Made by a program: the position numbers and the translations under genes. Below the pieces are notes generated by a model. That model did no database searches. It was given only the letters and a program-made list of their open reading frames with translations, and had not been told where the DNA came from. A DNA stretch of 64,000 nt from NCBI GenBank assembly GCA_963796955.1, contig CAWCNJ010000002.1, forward strand, positions 19,610-83,609. Reading direction: 5' to 3'. The DNA comes from Endomicrobiales bacterium (lineage in GTDB: Bacteria > Elusimicrobiota > Endomicrobiia > Endomicrobiales > JALOBY01). Below are positions 61,827-64,000 of the stretch, piece by piece (the first letter of the stretch is position 1; the number at the start of each line of letters is the position of its first letter).

Positions 61827-62684
61827 CTATTTTGCGACCACAATCGTGCCGCTGATCAGCTTGGTACCGCCCTGGACGTGGGCGTTGAATTGATAGATAT
61901 AGACACCGCTTTCTACCACGCGGCCGGCGTTATCGGTGGCGTCCCACGTGCTCTGGGAGGACGAAGAAAGCGTTTTGATCTCATGGCCGGCTACATTGTA
62001 TATTTTTATCGGAAAATCGATGCCGTCTGCAGCTCCGAAAAATGCGAAGTCATTCTTTCCGTCGCCATTGGGCGTGATGATCCTTTCTTTAGGGCGGTAA
62101 TCCGCGACGCTGTAAGAAGGTACCGAGGTGTCCAGCACCTGATACATATCGAACCAGATAGTGCATTTGTAAGTGCCCGCCGGAGCATTCTTAAAATTCG
62201 CTTCTAAATACATATTGTACGTGGCCGGAACGCAATTACTGCTGCCGTAAACCACCGTGGAATGGCCGGGCGTAGCGGGATCGTCTTTATCCCCCTTGTC
62301 CTTAAGCCAGAGCCAGCAGCCGGCGGCGGTAACGGAAGAGGCCGCGGGTAGGGCGCCGTTCGAAGCTAATGTCCAGGCGACCGGCACACGCGCGGCGTTG
62401 TTGGCTATCCCTATAAGGCCGCCCCGCTGCGACAATTTCAGCGCCGCATCGGCATTATTGGTATACGCGTCCACCCGCCAGGACATGGCATTATTGAAAG
62501 GTTCGCAATCCAGTTGGATATACTGGTTGCTCAGCTTGAACGAATCGGTGCTATACCCGGTGGCAAAAGAGACACCCCCCTGAAATTTATCGTCAGAAAT
62601 ATTGTGAACTTCTATACCCAGATATGCCGCGCCGGCAGGTATGGCAAAAATCACTATTAAAAACAAATAACGAATGTTTTTCAT
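61827..62684 (-). CDS. Secreted protein: repeated domain (copy 4) plus CHU_C-like C-terminal domain
   Basis: YTNN..GGLIG..VPVAW..WLKDKGD; ITPNGDGKNDFAFF..SGTIVVAK. Confidence 0.8.
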   Translation of the reverse strand: MKNIRYLFLIVIFAIPAGAAYLGIEVHNISDDKFQGGVSFATGYSTDSFKLSNQYIQLDCEPFNNAMSWRVDAYTNNADAALKLSQRGGLIGIANNAARVPVAWTLASNGALPAASSVTAAGCWLWLKDKGDKDDPATPGHSTVVYGSSNCVPATYNMYLEANFKNAPAGTYKCTIWFDMYQVLDTSVPSYSVADYRPKERIITPNGDGKNDFAFFGAADGIDFPIKIYNVAGHEIKTLSSSSQSTWDATDNAGRVVESGVYIYQFNAHVQGGTKLISGTIVVAK

Positions 62685-62703
62685 ATATTCCCCCGAATAT
62701 CAG

Positions 62704-63928
62704 TTACTGACCGAATTCTATATCATCAAAATACACCGTTCCTGCCGGCGTTCCCACTTTCTGGTCTTCAAAAACAATGTTCAACTGTTTGATACTGGAC
62801 GTGTCCAACCCTGTAAAGGCGGAAAGAGGTATTTCGTAATCGTTCCAGTCAGTCGGAGAGATCGGTTTTAAGGACACTGAATTATCAGGAATATAGGCTT
62901 TATGGATACCGCCGCTGTCTACTAATTCGATCTTAATTTGTAACGGCGGTGTAGAACCCGTATCGCCTTTTATCGACAAGCGCAATTTGGTATAGTCAGA
63001 GAAATTATGGGGGCTCGCGGTAATGCCGTCGCTGCCGCTGCCGAATTGCATCCACACACCGCACCAATTGCCGGTTGCCGCGAAATAGTCGAACTTCATT
63101 CCCCACGCCGCGTTATGATATGGTGAGAGCGTATAGGTCAACACCGTCGTTCCGGGGTTGCCGTCGTTGGCCATAGTACCGTTGTTGCCGCCCAGCGCGT
63201 TGGAACCCCAATTGTCGCCAAAGTGGTCTATCCTTACCGCCGCAGGCTGCGCAGTGCCGAAAGACAGGTTGTCGATATAAACAGTGGACGCATGGGCGAA
63301 CCCCGAATTTGTCTGGTAATCGTGTTCGAAAACAACGTTGATAAAATCTATGTAAGTATTTGAAGTAAGGTCCGGGAAATTGGCGAAGGCGTCCAGCGGT
63401 ATCACCACGTGCGACCACGCCGTTCTGCGTGCCGCCATCCAGATAATCGCTTAAGTACACGTGCGATTTTGTCAACCCGCGCCGTTCCAGCTCGATCTTG
63501 AACGACTGGCCGGGGGCTATTCCCTTTATGTCGAACTCCAGTGTCTTAAAAACGCTGATGTCACGCGATACGGACAGATCCTTTGCCAGAGTTACCTGCA
63601 TGCCCACCCAGCCGCCCGCATCGGGAACATCATACGTGACGCGCAAACTACCGCCCGAGGCGCCGGTGAAGGTATAGGTATCCCGCGCAATGGACAAAAG
63701 GCGGCTGCCGCCCGTGTTCAGCGCGTTATAAGAGCCTCCCAGGCTGTTCGTGCCGGTATCGTCGTCAAAACTGTCAATGAGCGGGGTCATCGGCATAACT
63801 GAGCTTACCACATTCGCCCAACAATCAACTGAAGTAGTCAGCAAAGGGATATGCTCCCCGGCGTAAGCTGCATTCACCAGCATGAAGGAACAGGCAAAAA
63901 ATGCGTCTAAGAATAGTGATTTTTTCAT
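62704..63928 (-). CDS. Secreted protein with two CBM11/CIA30-like domains, split by a frameshift near 63423
   Basis: Collinear paralog of 59778-61031 across both frames (GQSFKIEL, YLSDY / WSHVVIPLDAFANF, RIDHFGDN). Confidence 0.78.
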
Positions 63929-63952
63929 AATGATAACCCTTTTTAAAAAAAT

Positions 63953-63982
63953 AAAAAAAGACCGCAGCTGCAAGCCTCGGTC
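63953..63982 (-). terminator. Terminator-like hairpin just upstream of the secreted-protein cluster
   Basis: GACCGAGGC-ttgca-GCTGCGGTC followed by T7. Confidence 0.6.
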
Positions 63983-64000
63983 GAAACATCTACGTTATAA

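Noticed and set aside
50901..64000. Prophage or integrated island next to the tRNA-Lys/Leu pair
   Set aside because: No integrase or phage genes, and the cluster lies on the 5' side of the tRNAs

Overview
A bacterial chromosomal segment in which every supported gene lies on the minus strand. Gene style suggests Elusimicrobiota, but this is inference only. From left to right it holds: (1) the end of an LPS/glycosyltransferase operon with a WaaL-like ligase; (2) a ~30 kb nucleotide supercluster (purine and pyrimidine de novo synthesis, guaAB, carAB, dcd, thyX, nrdR-nrdJ) that lacks purH and purK; (3) a Fur-box-controlled fur operon, peptidases, a PilGHI-like ABC module, an aminotransferase-serA pair under a perfect Rex/CRP-type operator, and tig-clpP-clpX-lon; (4) a 13 kb cluster of eight secreted proteins. 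That cluster contains a 1727-aa GH144-like glycosidase, two CBM11-like proteins, a PorV-like barrel, two proteins with type IX-like C-terminal domains and four copies of a domain I do not recognise. Seven tRNA genes are present. Two of them (Glu, Leu) carry the same unusual 3' cassette built from copies of their own sequence. A 127-bp MITE-like element and several short in-frame repeats also occur. Five genes are split by single-base indels in homopolymers, most likely long-read errors.
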